From the IMG/VR virus record IMGVR_UViG_3300045988_172482, positions 1 to 15,381 of that record: a DNA stretch of 15,381 nt. One strand, written 5' to 3'. The stretch is from a virus. The notes below the pieces were generated by a model that saw only the letters and a program-made list of their open reading frames with translations, made no database searches and was not told the DNA's origin. Shown here in pieces: positions 7,362 to 15,381 of this stretch. The first letter of the stretch is position 1. The number at the start of each line of letters is the position of its first letter. Made by a program: the position numbers and the translations under genes.

Positions 7362-7364
7362 TAA

Positions 7365-7393
7365 TTGACACTTTACATATTTTACACTATAAT
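7365..7393 (+). promoter_or_regulatory. Perfect consensus promoter TTGACA-N17-TATAAT, candidate late (structural) promoter
   Basis: TTGACA 7365-7370, 17-bp spacer 7371-7387, TATAAT 7388-7393, followed by SD GAAAGGAG and the scaffold gene. Confidence 0.85.
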
Positions 7394-7417
7394 TAATATA
7401 GAAAGGAGCAATATATC

Positions 7418-7726
7418 GTGATAACTGAAGAAGACTTTAATAATGCTATTGAAACTATAAAAGGTAAACTTGATGAAACAAATAGTGCTTTGATAAGTGA
7501 TGATTTACTTTCAATGAAAGCAGGATTTGATGGAGCACTTTCTTTGAATAAAGAAAAAGATGAAACTATTGAAAAACTGAATAATGAAAAAGACGAACTT
7601 ATTAAAGTAAATGGTAAATTATTTCAAAAAATAGGATATCCTGATACTTCTAAAAATGAAGAAAAGGAACCTGATGATAAAATAAGTCTTAATGATATTA
7701 TTAACGAAAAAGGAGAGTTGATATAA
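7418..7726 (+). CDS. Putative scaffolding protein (102 aa), GTG start
   Basis: Small acidic coiled-coil protein immediately upstream of the capsid gene, as for phi29 gene 7. Confidence 0.7.
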   Translation: MITEEDFNNAIETIKGKLDETNSALISDDLLSMKAGFDGALSLNKEKDETIEKLNNEKDELIKVNGKLFQKIGYPDTSKNEEKEPDDKISLNDIINEKGELI

Positions 7727-7727
7727 T

Positions 7728-9041
7728 ATGAATAATAATGTTGTAGAAAATGGCGTAAAAATGATGAACTATATCCGTAGTGAAAGTTCAAGAACATACC
7801 AAGATGTTATACCTGTTGCAACAGCAGATAATATAACTTCACTTGGTAATATCTTACTTGACACAGGATATAAAGCACAAATGAATGAATTTATTAATGT
7901 ACTTGTAAATAGAATCGCACTTACAATTGTACGTAATAAATCATACAATAACCCTCTTGCAATTCTTAAAAAAGGTAGTGCACCTTTAGGAACTGACATT
8001 GAGGATATTTATGAAAACCCAGCAGAGGCTAAACCTTACGAATATAGTGATAGTGCTATGGCACAATTACTACGTATTACTGACCCTGATACTCACGTAG
8101 CATATTATAGACTTAATAGACGTGATAAATATACTAAAACTATTACACGTGAGGGTCTAAAAAATGCTTTCATTAGTTGGGAAAATTTCAATAAATTTAT
8201 TGATAGTATTACTCTAAGTTTATATTCAGGTAATTACATTGATGAGTTCAAATATACTAAAGATTTAGTTGATGGTGTTTATAATACTGGTAAAGTTACT
8301 GTTGAAGTAGTAACAAAACCTAGTGATGAAGCTTCAGCAAAAGCATTTGTTAAAAAATGTAGATTTTTATATAGTGCTATGAGTTTTCCATCTCAAAAAT
8401 ACGCACCATATAATAAAATGAAATCTAGTGATAGAAACGCTGTAACAACTTGGACTGAAAGTGATAGAGTAGTACTACTTATAAGAAGTGATGTACTATC
8501 TGAAATTGATGTAGAAGTACTTGCAAAAGCATTTAACTTAAATAAGAGCGACTTTTTAGGTAGAGTTATTCCAGTTGATGAATTTAAAAATCCTGAAGTA
8601 CTTGGTATTATTGCTGACGAGGCTTTCTTCCAAATTTATGACAATACATTTAGATTTGATGAATTCTATAATGCTAATGTAATGGCTTGGAACGAATATT
8701 TACACGCTTGGGGAACTTATGCAGTATGTCCTTTTGCTAACGCAGTAGTACTTGCAACAGCAGAAAGTAAACCTGTAACAGGACTAACAATTGATGGTAC
8801 ACCTGTACAGTTAGACTTAAATGCAGAACCTAATTATAAAACTTTAAATATTACTAGTACACCTGTTGATACAACAAGTGATATAAATTATACTTCTAGT
8901 GATGAAGAAGTTATGACAGCAGAAAAAGTAACTAACAAAAGTGTTAAAGTAACACCAAAGAAAACAGGAAAAGCAACATTAAAAGCAAAAGCTGATAATG
9001 GAATAAGTGCTGAAACTGAAGTAAACGTAGTTGCTAATTAA
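7728..9041 (+). CDS. Major capsid protein with a C-terminal Ig-like (Big_2-type) domain
   Basis: 437-aa ORF in the gp8 position; C-terminal VTGLTIDGTPVQLDLNAEPNYKTLNITSTPVDTTSDINYTSSDEEVMTAEKVTNKSVKVTPKKTGKATLKAKADNG looks like a Big_2 fold. Confidence 0.88.
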   Translation: MNNNVVENGVKMMNYIRSESSRTYQDVIPVATADNITSLGNILLDTGYKAQMNEFINVLVNRIALTIVRNKSYNNPLAILKKGSAPLGTDIEDIYENPAEAKPYEYSDSAMAQLLRITDPDTHVAYYRLNRRDKYTKTITREGLKNAFISWENFNKFIDSITLSLYSGNYIDEFKYTKDLVDGVYNTGKVTVEVVTKPSDEASAKAFVKKCRFLYSAMSFPSQKYAPYNKMKSSDRNAVTTWTESDRVVLLIRSDVLSEIDVEVLAKAFNLNKSDFLGRVIPVDEFKNPEVLGIIADEAFFQIYDNTFRFDEFYNANVMAWNEYLHAWGTYAVCPFANAVVLATAESKPVTGLTIDGTPVQLDLNAEPNYKTLNITSTPVDTTSDINYTSSDEEVMTAEKVTNKSVKVTPKKTGKATLKAKADNGISAETEVNVVAN

Positions 9042-9047
9042 TAAATA

Positions 9048-9080
9048 AAAAGGTGGACTACTTCCACCTTTTATTATTTA
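9048..9080 (+). terminator. Intrinsic terminator/attenuator downstream of the major capsid gene
   Basis: 10-bp perfect stem AAAAGGTGGA (9048-9057) / TCCACCTTTT (9063-9072), loop CTACT, followed by T-rich TTATTATTTA. Confidence 0.85.
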
Positions 9081-9095
9081 TAGAAAGGAAAAATT

Positions 9096-10733
9096 ATGGC
9101 AGTATTAGAACCACAAAGTAATATAACACTTGTAAATGTACCGTGGGATAATAATTATCAAAATGTAAGAAATTTTAATGATATAGGAGCACAAACTACA
9201 TACTTTAATAATCTTTTTCCACGAATTAATTTTGAAGATTATACATATCTTCGAAAAGATAGAAGTATAAGAGTAGGTGTTGGTGTTGATGAAATAAGAG
9301 AGTATAACTATCTTTATTATAATAATGGAGATGGAAAAATTTACTACTGTTTTATCGAAGATTATAATTACATAAGTGAAAATGTTACCGAACTTATTAT
9401 AAAAATAGATGTATACCAAACATATATGTTTGAATATACAATACTTAAATCCTTTGTTGAAAGGGAACACGTAACACTTTCTTCTGATATACCAGGAAAA
9501 TATACTTTTCCTGAAGAACTTGAAACAGGAGAATATGTATGTTACGAAAAGCAAACTTATCACGGACTAAAAAATCAAAGTGTAATAATTCAAATAGGTA
9601 AAAACCCATATGATACTAATGCTACTTTTCAATACGGACAATATGGTGGTGTCTATATGTTCGGTTATTTATTTGCTTTTGATGTATTTAATGAACGTAA
9701 AATAACACAGGACGTGCAACGTGGAGCATTTACTTCATTAATGAATAAAATACGTAATGATGGATTATCTGAAAATATATTTGCAATTTATGTTGTTCCT
9801 ACTGAAACAATTGGACAGCGTGATGACCACAATATGATAATACCTAGTCTTGAAAGCGTATATAGTAGTATAATTACTAATATCATACCATCAGATATAA
9901 CAAGATTTAATCAGTTTAATTATAATGATATATACACACCTAAAAATAAAAAACTTCTTACATATCCTTATAAATATTTTGCAATATCTAATAATTCGGG
10001 AATATTAAATACATATAGATATGAAGACTTTGATACTTTTTATGATATACCTGATGAAAATAAATCAATAGAAATGAAAATAAAATTTGCTCCCACTATT
10101 GGAGGAAGTTGTAAACTTGTTCCTCTTACATATAAAGGACAAGATGAAAACGAAGATGAGGGTATAATGCTAGGAAAGTTCCCTACTTATTCTTGGGGAA
10201 ATGATACATATACAAACTGGCTTACACAAAATGCTTTAAATGTAGTTGGAAATTTTATTGACGCAGGACTTACTACTATTAAAGGAACTCTTGCAATGGG
10301 ATATGGAGCAAGTGATTTAGTAGGTTTAGGTTATAGTATGAACTCATATTCACAGGTTTATCAAACAGCAGGTAAAGTATACGAGCAAAAATTTGCACCT
10401 AATACTATCGGTGGAAATATAGCAGGAGGAGATATAAATAGTATATCTTCTATGAATACATTTATATTTTCGCATATGGAAATCAAACCGGAATATGCAG
10501 AGATTATTGATAACTTTTTTGAAATGTACGGATATAAAATAAATAAATTAAAAGTGCCTGAAACTACTTCAAGAAAATATTGGAACTATGTTAAAACTAT
10601 TGATATTAATATGGATGGTAATATACCTGAAACTGACCTTAGTGAACTTAAAAATATATTTAATAATGGCGTTACAATATGGCACACTGATAATATGTAT
10701 AATTATTCACTTGATAATCACGAAAGCATATAG
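9096..10733 (+). CDS. Tail protein, phi29 gp9-like distal tail knob
   Basis: 545-aa ORF; N-terminal NITLVNVPWDNNYQNVRNFNDIGAQTTYFNNL pattern and position between capsid and connector. Confidence 0.82.
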   Translation: MAVLEPQSNITLVNVPWDNNYQNVRNFNDIGAQTTYFNNLFPRINFEDYTYLRKDRSIRVGVGVDEIREYNYLYYNNGDGKIYYCFIEDYNYISENVTELIIKIDVYQTYMFEYTILKSFVEREHVTLSSDIPGKYTFPEELETGEYVCYEKQTYHGLKNQSVIIQIGKNPYDTNATFQYGQYGGVYMFGYLFAFDVFNERKITQDVQRGAFTSLMNKIRNDGLSENIFAIYVVPTETIGQRDDHNMIIPSLESVYSSIITNIIPSDITRFNQFNYNDIYTPKNKKLLTYPYKYFAISNNSGILNTYRYEDFDTFYDIPDENKSIEMKIKFAPTIGGSCKLVPLTYKGQDENEDEGIMLGKFPTYSWGNDTYTNWLTQNALNVVGNFIDAGLTTIKGTLAMGYGASDLVGLGYSMNSYSQVYQTAGKVYEQKFAPNTIGGNIAGGDINSISSMNTFIFSHMEIKPEYAEIIDNFFEMYGYKINKLKVPETTSRKYWNYVKTIDINMDGNIPETDLSELKNIFNNGVTIWHTDNMYNYSLDNHESI

Positions 10734-10747
10734 AAAGGAGGTAATTT

Positions 10748-11635
10748 ATGAAAGGAAAGAAAACAAGCGTTGATGAGGCAATGATACTTAATAATCAAAC
10801 CTATATAGATTATTATAATAGGTTAAAACTTCTAGCACTATCCATCTTTGAGTGGGAGGGTTTAGAAGAAATATGTGGTATTGGTAGTAGCGACTTTTTA
10901 GAGAAAGTACTGTTTGAAACAGGTAGAGCGTGCTTTGTTAAAGATGATACACTTGGATATATGACACTTTATGCTAATCCTAGTGATAAACTTAATGTAT
11001 ATCGTATGCCTACTAAAGTAATGGCTACTAGCATTGGATATAATAAATCATATGATTTATCTGATATAGTATATATAAAAAATAATAAGACTGAACTTTC
11101 TACAGCTTTTACTATTAATCTATTTGCAAGAAGATTATATGAACTTGAAAGAACTATTGATGTTAATATAAAAGCTCAAAAAACACCTGTATTAATCGAG
11201 GGAACTGAAGAACAAAGACTAACACTTCAAAATCTATATATGCAATATGATGGTAATATGCCTTTTATCTTTGGTAAAAGAAAACAGTCTTTGGGCGAAT
11301 GTTTAAAATCTATAAGTACAAAAGCAGATTTTTTAGCAGATAAATTAACTATTCAAAAACACGAAGTAATAAACGAATGTTTAACATTTCTAGGAATAGA
11401 TAACGCTAACACTGATAAAAGAGAAAGACTTATTACTGATGAAGTTGAAAGTAATGATGAACTTATATACTTTTACTTAAATTGTTTTTATTCTACTAGA
11501 AAAAGAGCGTGTGATGAAATAAATAAAAAGTTCTTTAATGGCGAAGAAAAAATCAAAATTAAAATTAATAAAAATATCGCTGAAGTTCTTGGAAAAAACC
11601 CAGAAGATTTTATAGAGGAGGAAGAAAATGAGTAA
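10748..11635 (+). CDS. Upper collar / portal (connector) protein, phi29 gp10-like
   Basis: 295-aa ORF of expected size; NNQTYIDYYNRLKLLALSIFEWEGL pattern; position after the tail knob gene. Confidence 0.82.
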   Translation: MKGKKTSVDEAMILNNQTYIDYYNRLKLLALSIFEWEGLEEICGIGSSDFLEKVLFETGRACFVKDDTLGYMTLYANPSDKLNVYRMPTKVMATSIGYNKSYDLSDIVYIKNNKTELSTAFTINLFARRLYELERTIDVNIKAQKTPVLIEGTEEQRLTLQNLYMQYDGNMPFIFGKRKQSLGECLKSISTKADFLADKLTIQKHEVINECLTFLGIDNANTDKRERLITDEVESNDELIYFYLNCFYSTRKRACDEINKKFFNGEEKIKIKINKNIAEVLGKNPEDFIEEEENE

Positions 11636-12269
11636 GTATACTACGCAGTTACGTTATTTAATTGATATGAAATATGATATAGGACTTAATGATTATCCTA
11701 TATTTGATGAAAATTATAGAGAAATATTAAATAATAAAATTATTAATCACTATTATACTGAAGAAATTGGCTTTGAAACAGCAAGACTATTTAAAATTCA
11801 TTTTACAGCACGTATGAACGAGATAATGCCAAAATACAATATTTTATATCAGGCTCAAAATAAATTAGTAGAAAATATTGATACATTATATAATAATGTT
11901 AATCTTACTGAAACCCTTGAAAGAAACATTAAAGGAGATAGTGAAAGTGCTACAACAGGTTCTTCTACATCTTCTTCTACTGGTAAAGGTGTAAATCAAG
12001 ATACACCACAGGGAAGTATTAAAAATAGTACAATAGAAAACTATGAGTATGCAAGTGAAATAAATTTATCAAAAGATACTACAAGTGCAAATTCAAATGT
12101 AACTGGAAATGTTACTCAAAACAGTACTGAAGACTATGTAAAAACTATTGTTGGAAACAACGGACAAAGATATGTTGTTGATGTATATAAAGATATAATA
12201 AATAATATTATGAATATAGACCAAAAAATCATAAGTGAACTTGATGATTTATTTATGGGAATATGGTAG
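11628..12269 (+). CDS. Lower collar protein, phi29 gp11-like
   Basis: 213-aa ORF; LTETLERN... followed by a Ser/Thr-rich low-complexity segment; position after the portal gene. Confidence 0.78.
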   Translation: MSKYTTQLRYLIDMKYDIGLNDYPIFDENYREILNNKIINHYYTEEIGFETARLFKIHFTARMNEIMPKYNILYQAQNKLVENIDTLYNNVNLTETLERNIKGDSESATTGSSTSSSTGKGVNQDTPQGSIKNSTIENYEYASEINLSKDTTSANSNVTGNVTQNSTEDYVKTIVGNNGQRYVVDVYKDIINNIMNIDQKIISELDDLFMGIW

Positions 12270-12284
12270 AAAGGAAAGTAAAAT

Positions 12285-13904
12285 ATGAATAATAATATTG
12301 ATTTAAAAAAGACTGAAAAAATGGGATATATAAATTTTTGGTGTCAAAAAGTAATTCCTCTAGTATTTGATGATAGCTTATCTTATTATGAAGCTATATG
12401 TAAATTTATGCAAAAATTAAATGAAGTAATTAGTGCACTTAATAATAACGCAGAGTGTATTGATGAATTGCAAGGTAAATACATTATACTTCAAAAGAAC
12501 TTTGACGCTTTAGAGGAAAAATGGGAAGAATTTAAAACTTATATAACTACTAAAGAGGAAAATTTTGAAACTACAATAAATAATGAATTTACTTCATTTA
12601 AAAACTATGTAGAAAATTATCTTAATAATATAGATGTACAAAGTTATGTTAATGTTAAAATAGAACAGTTAGCAGAAAGTGGATATTTTAATACTTTACT
12701 TGCAAATTTAGGATTTAATCCTGATAATTATTTAGCAAAAAATAATACTACTTTATATGTACCAACTAATGATTATAACCCAGCAACTAAAAAATATGTT
12801 GATGAACATAGTAGCGAGGGCACTGTATATAGTGCTGGAGATGGTATTAAAATTGAAAATGATACTATATCAAGTGAAAATAGTAATATAAAAAATAGTT
12901 CACAAACGGTAATTTCTAATCCTCCTGTAAATGATGGTGTATATGTTAATAGCCGTACTTTTATTGCTGGTTATAATTCATTAAATACATTATCTAAACC
13001 ATCAGGAAGCGTTAAAATACTAGGAGATGAAAATAGGTGGAAAAATGGTGGAAGTAATGGAAACCCAATAATAATTGGTAATAGTAATAATATAATTGGA
13101 GATGGAATTAATAGCAGTATTATTATAGGAAATCAAAATAAAATAGGACATAACTCTAAAGCAAATAATGGTATTTTTATCGGAAGAAATATCACATATA
13201 AAGAAGATTATGCCGATAGTAATTTTCCTATTGTTATTGCTAACCCTGAAACTAAAGGAGAAAATGCTATTGAAATTATTGATAACAATACTAAAATAAA
13301 TACATATACAGAATTTAATAATGATATATCAATTACAGGTAATTTAAACGGAAAAAACGCTATTAATGGTATGGAAATAAAAGATGTAGGAGAAGATTTT
13401 ACAGCAATAACATCTTATTTAGATAACCCTGATTATCAAGATAGATGTGTCCCTATAAAAGCATTTACTGGAGATACTGATGTAAAAAATCTTTTACTTA
13501 ATGCTCCTAAAATAGTTAATTTCTTTAATGAATACGATAAACAACTTATTTATGGTATTACTTATGAAAATAATGTTACTGGAAATACACAACTTATTTT
13601 AAGAAATGAATTTTATTTTCTTAATATGAGTGTTACATACCCATCTTCAATAGTAGGAAATGATAGTACATTAACTTTATTTAGAATAAATATAAGTTCT
13701 AGTGATACTAAACTATTTGGATTTAAAAATTTTAACGCTATTATAGTAAATAAAAATGATACTTCATCAAAAGAAAGAACAGCACCTATAAGAGTTGTAA
13801 AATTAAGTGATACTGAATATAGCATTGTATATGTTGGAAATGAAACTGAAGAAAAACCATATAATTATACTATTGAATTTGGTGGTGTTATAGGGTATCT
13901 TTAA
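12285..13904 (+). CDS. Appendage/tail fibre-like receptor-binding protein (gp12 position)
   Basis: 539-aa ORF: helical N-terminal region, then repetitive NNIIGDGINSSIIIGNQNKIGHNSKANNGIFIGRN beta-repeat region. Confidence 0.72.
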   Translation: MNNNIDLKKTEKMGYINFWCQKVIPLVFDDSLSYYEAICKFMQKLNEVISALNNNAECIDELQGKYIILQKNFDALEEKWEEFKTYITTKEENFETTINNEFTSFKNYVENYLNNIDVQSYVNVKIEQLAESGYFNTLLANLGFNPDNYLAKNNTTLYVPTNDYNPATKKYVDEHSSEGTVYSAGDGIKIENDTISSENSNIKNSSQTVISNPPVNDGVYVNSRTFIAGYNSLNTLSKPSGSVKILGDENRWKNGGSNGNPIIIGNSNNIIGDGINSSIIIGNQNKIGHNSKANNGIFIGRNITYKEDYADSNFPIVIANPETKGENAIEIIDNNTKINTYTEFNNDISITGNLNGKNAINGMEIKDVGEDFTAITSYLDNPDYQDRCVPIKAFTGDTDVKNLLLNAPKIVNFFNEYDKQLIYGITYENNVTGNTQLILRNEFYFLNMSVTYPSSIVGNDSTLTLFRINISSSDTKLFGFKNFNAIIVNKNDTSSKERTAPIRVVKLSDTEYSIVYVGNETEEKPYNYTIEFGGVIGYL

Positions 13905-13915
13905 TTTATTAACTA

Positions 13916-13924
13916 TGATATAAT
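13916..13924 (+). promoter_or_regulatory. Candidate extended -10 promoter TGATATAAT
   Basis: TG 13916-13917, N 13918, TATAAT 13919-13924; weak -35 (TATCTT at 13896-13901). Confidence 0.5.
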
Positions 13925-13928
13925 GAAT

Positions 13929-13953
13929 ATGGAGGAAAGGTTATTTCCTCCAT
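13929..13953 (+). other. Perfect 10-bp hairpin ATGGAGGAAA-GGTTA-TTTCCTCCAT
   Basis: Arms 13929-13938 / 13944-13953; no following U-tract. Confidence 0.85.
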
Positions 13954-13963
13954 CTCATAATCA

Positions 13964-14079
13964 TAGTAGGGTAATATTGATTTAATAAAGTAAAACAAGA
14001 GTAGGTAACTTATGTGAAGAACATACTATTTGAGTTGTGATGTAGTTCATCTTTGCTTTAATCATTATCTATCCTACTA
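13964..14079 (+). ncRNA. Candidate packaging RNA (pRNA) analogue or structured leader of the ATPase gene
   Basis: Non-coding; 10-bp closing helix 13964-13973 / 14070-14079 (one G-U) enclosing 116 nt, plus inner helix 13978-13982 / 14060-14064 and 13987-13990 / 14051-14054; adjacent to the gp16-like ATPase gene. Confidence 0.4.
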
Positions 14080-14103
14080 CTTTTAATTTTAGAAAGGAAA
14101 ACT

Positions 14104-15132
14104 ATGAATAACAAAAATAACTTTTATTATAGTATTACTGATATAATGGGATACAACGCTTTATTTAATTATATTATTGGAGAACGTGGTGTAGGTAAAA
14201 CTTTTAGTGCTAAGGAATATGTTATTAATAAATTTATTAAGAAAGGCGAGCAGTTTGTTTATGTCAGAAGATATAATACTGAACTTGAAGAAGCAGTAGG
14301 AACAAGTACTAAACAAAAGTTTTTCGAGCAAATTATTACAGCAGGAAAATTTAAAGAACATAAACTTACTAACACCAAAGATACTTTTAAAATAGATGGA
14401 AAGATTTGCGGATATGCTATTGCACTTTCTACTTCAATGATATTAAAATCTACTTCTTTTGATAAAGTAACTACTATTATATTTGATGAATTTATTATTG
14501 ATAAAGGGTGTTATCATTATTTACCTAATGAAGTAGAGGCTTTCCTAGAACTTTATGAAACTATCGCAAGACTTCGTAATGTAAAAGTCTTATTTCTTGG
14601 AAATGCTATATCTTCTTCTAATCCTTACTTTTTATATTTTGATTTATCACTTCCTTATAATAGCACTCATAAGATATTTAAAAATGGAGAAATATTAGTA
14701 AACTATATTAAAAATGAAAATTATCGTGCAGTAAAAAAAGCAAGTAGATTTGGTAAATTAATTGCCGGAACAAAATATAGTGAGTATGCTATTGATAATG
14801 TAATGTTTAGAGATAGTAATACCTTTGTTAAGAAAAAGAGTGGTAGTTGTAAATTTTATTTTAAATTAAAGTATCAGGGAACTATTTATGGTATATGGCT
14901 ACAACCTAAAGAAAATGTAATTTATATAAGTTACGATTATGATGAAAAATGTCCTATTGAATTTGTAGTTGAACTTGATGACCATAACGAGGTAACTTTC
15001 TTACTTCGTAGTAGAACTAGCGTTCATATTCAAAATCTTATTTATTATTATCAAAATAGTTTAATGAGATTTGAAAGTCAAAAAATTAAAAATGAATTTA
15101 TAAAGGTAATGTATAAATTTATAAAGTATTAA
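14104..15132 (+). CDS. DNA encapsidation (packaging) ATPase, phi29 gp16-like
   Basis: Walker A IIGERGVGKTFSAKE, Walker B VTTIIFDEFIID; 342 aa (phi29 gp16 is of similar size). Confidence 0.93.
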   Translation: MNNKNNFYYSITDIMGYNALFNYIIGERGVGKTFSAKEYVINKFIKKGEQFVYVRRYNTELEEAVGTSTKQKFFEQIITAGKFKEHKLTNTKDTFKIDGKICGYAIALSTSMILKSTSFDKVTTIIFDEFIIDKGCYHYLPNEVEAFLELYETIARLRNVKVLFLGNAISSSNPYFLYFDLSLPYNSTHKIFKNGEILVNYIKNENYRAVKKASRFGKLIAGTKYSEYAIDNVMFRDSNTFVKKKSGSCKFYFKLKYQGTIYGIWLQPKENVIYISYDYDEKCPIEFVVELDDHNEVTFLLRSRTSVHIQNLIYYYQNSLMRFESQKIKNEFIKVMYKFIKY

Positions 15133-15143
15133 TTACCTTTTTC
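15102..15143 (+). terminator. Candidate late terminator overlapping the end of the ATPase gene
   Basis: 9-bp arms AAAGGTAAT (15102-15110) / ATTACCTTT (15132-15140) followed by TT; long AT-rich loop containing the palindrome TATAAATTTATA. Confidence 0.4.
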
Positions 15144-15274
15144 TTTGAATATTATATTGTACGAATGTTCGTGTGTTTTTAATTAATTTTAGGCTTTTAG
15201 AGAGGCGTTTTTAATTGTTATATGTTTATATTAGAATAGGGTATTTTGTTTAATGTGGGTACGTAAGTTTTGTT

Positions 15275-15373
15275 ATTTTTACCTTTCCAAGAGTAACAGT
15301 CTTAAAGCTGGTATGTTCATTTGTTCGCTTTACAGGCACTTTACAGGGGAAGTGTAAAGTTTACGAGAGAATT
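15275..15373. repeat. Right inverted terminal repeat; 8 further bases (15374-15381) have no left-end counterpart in the window
   Basis: Base-by-base comparison with 1-99; expected for a linear genome replicated by protein priming. Confidence 0.97.
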
Positions 15374-15381
15374 TACCTCTA

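Noticed and set aside
7769-7999. Minus-strand 76-aa ORF
   Set aside because: Antisense to the major capsid gene; no support.
9105-9563. 152-aa minus-strand ORF
   Set aside because: Entirely inside the tail-knob gene on the opposite strand, low-complexity I/Y/F-rich translation typical of the complement of AT-rich coding DNA, and no recognisable motif.
10588-10773. + strand 61-aa ORF bridging the tail-knob and portal genes
   Set aside because: Out of frame inside the tail-knob C-terminus and portal start; no convincing SD and both flanking genes are well supported.
13929-13953. Simple rho-independent terminator for the appendage gene
   Set aside because: Strong stem but the 3' side is CTCATAATCAT with no T-tract; an extended -10 sits immediately upstream, which fits a transcript start better. 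A terminator role is not fully excluded.
13964-14079. tRNA gene in the gap before the ATPase
   Set aside because: No T-arm GTTCRA context in the right place, no 7-bp acceptor stem at the correct distance or cloverleaf pattern; 116-nt enclosed length is too long.
13613-14361. Minus-strand ORFs 13613-13825 and 14161-14361
   Set aside because: Antisense to the appendage and ATPase genes respectively; low-complexity translations.
15161-15180. ACGAATGTTCGTGTGTTTTT as a terminator
   Set aside because: Only a 4-bp stem with a 4-nt loop and a GTG interruption before the T-run; too weak to list as a feature.

Overview
The window looks like the near-complete linear genome of a small (~15.4 kb), AT-rich, phi29-like (Picovirinae-type) podovirus of a low-GC bacterium. 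A perfect 99-bp inverted terminal repeat brackets the window (1-99 / 15275-15373). All supported genes lie on the + strand. Order: small unknown early genes; a probable ssDNA-binding protein; a putative terminal protein; a protein-primed family B DNA polymerase; a YvrJ/BhlA-like holin candidate; two tandem M23-like peptidases; scaffold; major capsid with a C-terminal Ig-like domain; tail knob; upper collar (portal); lower collar; appendage/fibre; and the packaging ATPase. The most notable non-coding signals are two structured blocks. One (~2075-2460) is packed with perfect inverted repeats and sits behind a near-consensus promoter. The other (~13925-14080) sits behind an extended -10 promoter, just upstream of the packaging ATPase, and includes a 116-nt segment closed by a 10-bp terminal helix, which makes it a candidate packaging RNA (pRNA) analogue. 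Other signals are a perfect consensus promoter (TTGACA-N17-TATAAT) at the lysis/structural boundary, a dyad filling the spacer of the early promoter, a leader peptide overlapping the first gene, repeated CTTTACA/TGTAAAG motifs in the ITR, and a proline-rich repeat tract in one lysin. Product names come from motifs and synteny only; no database search was run.
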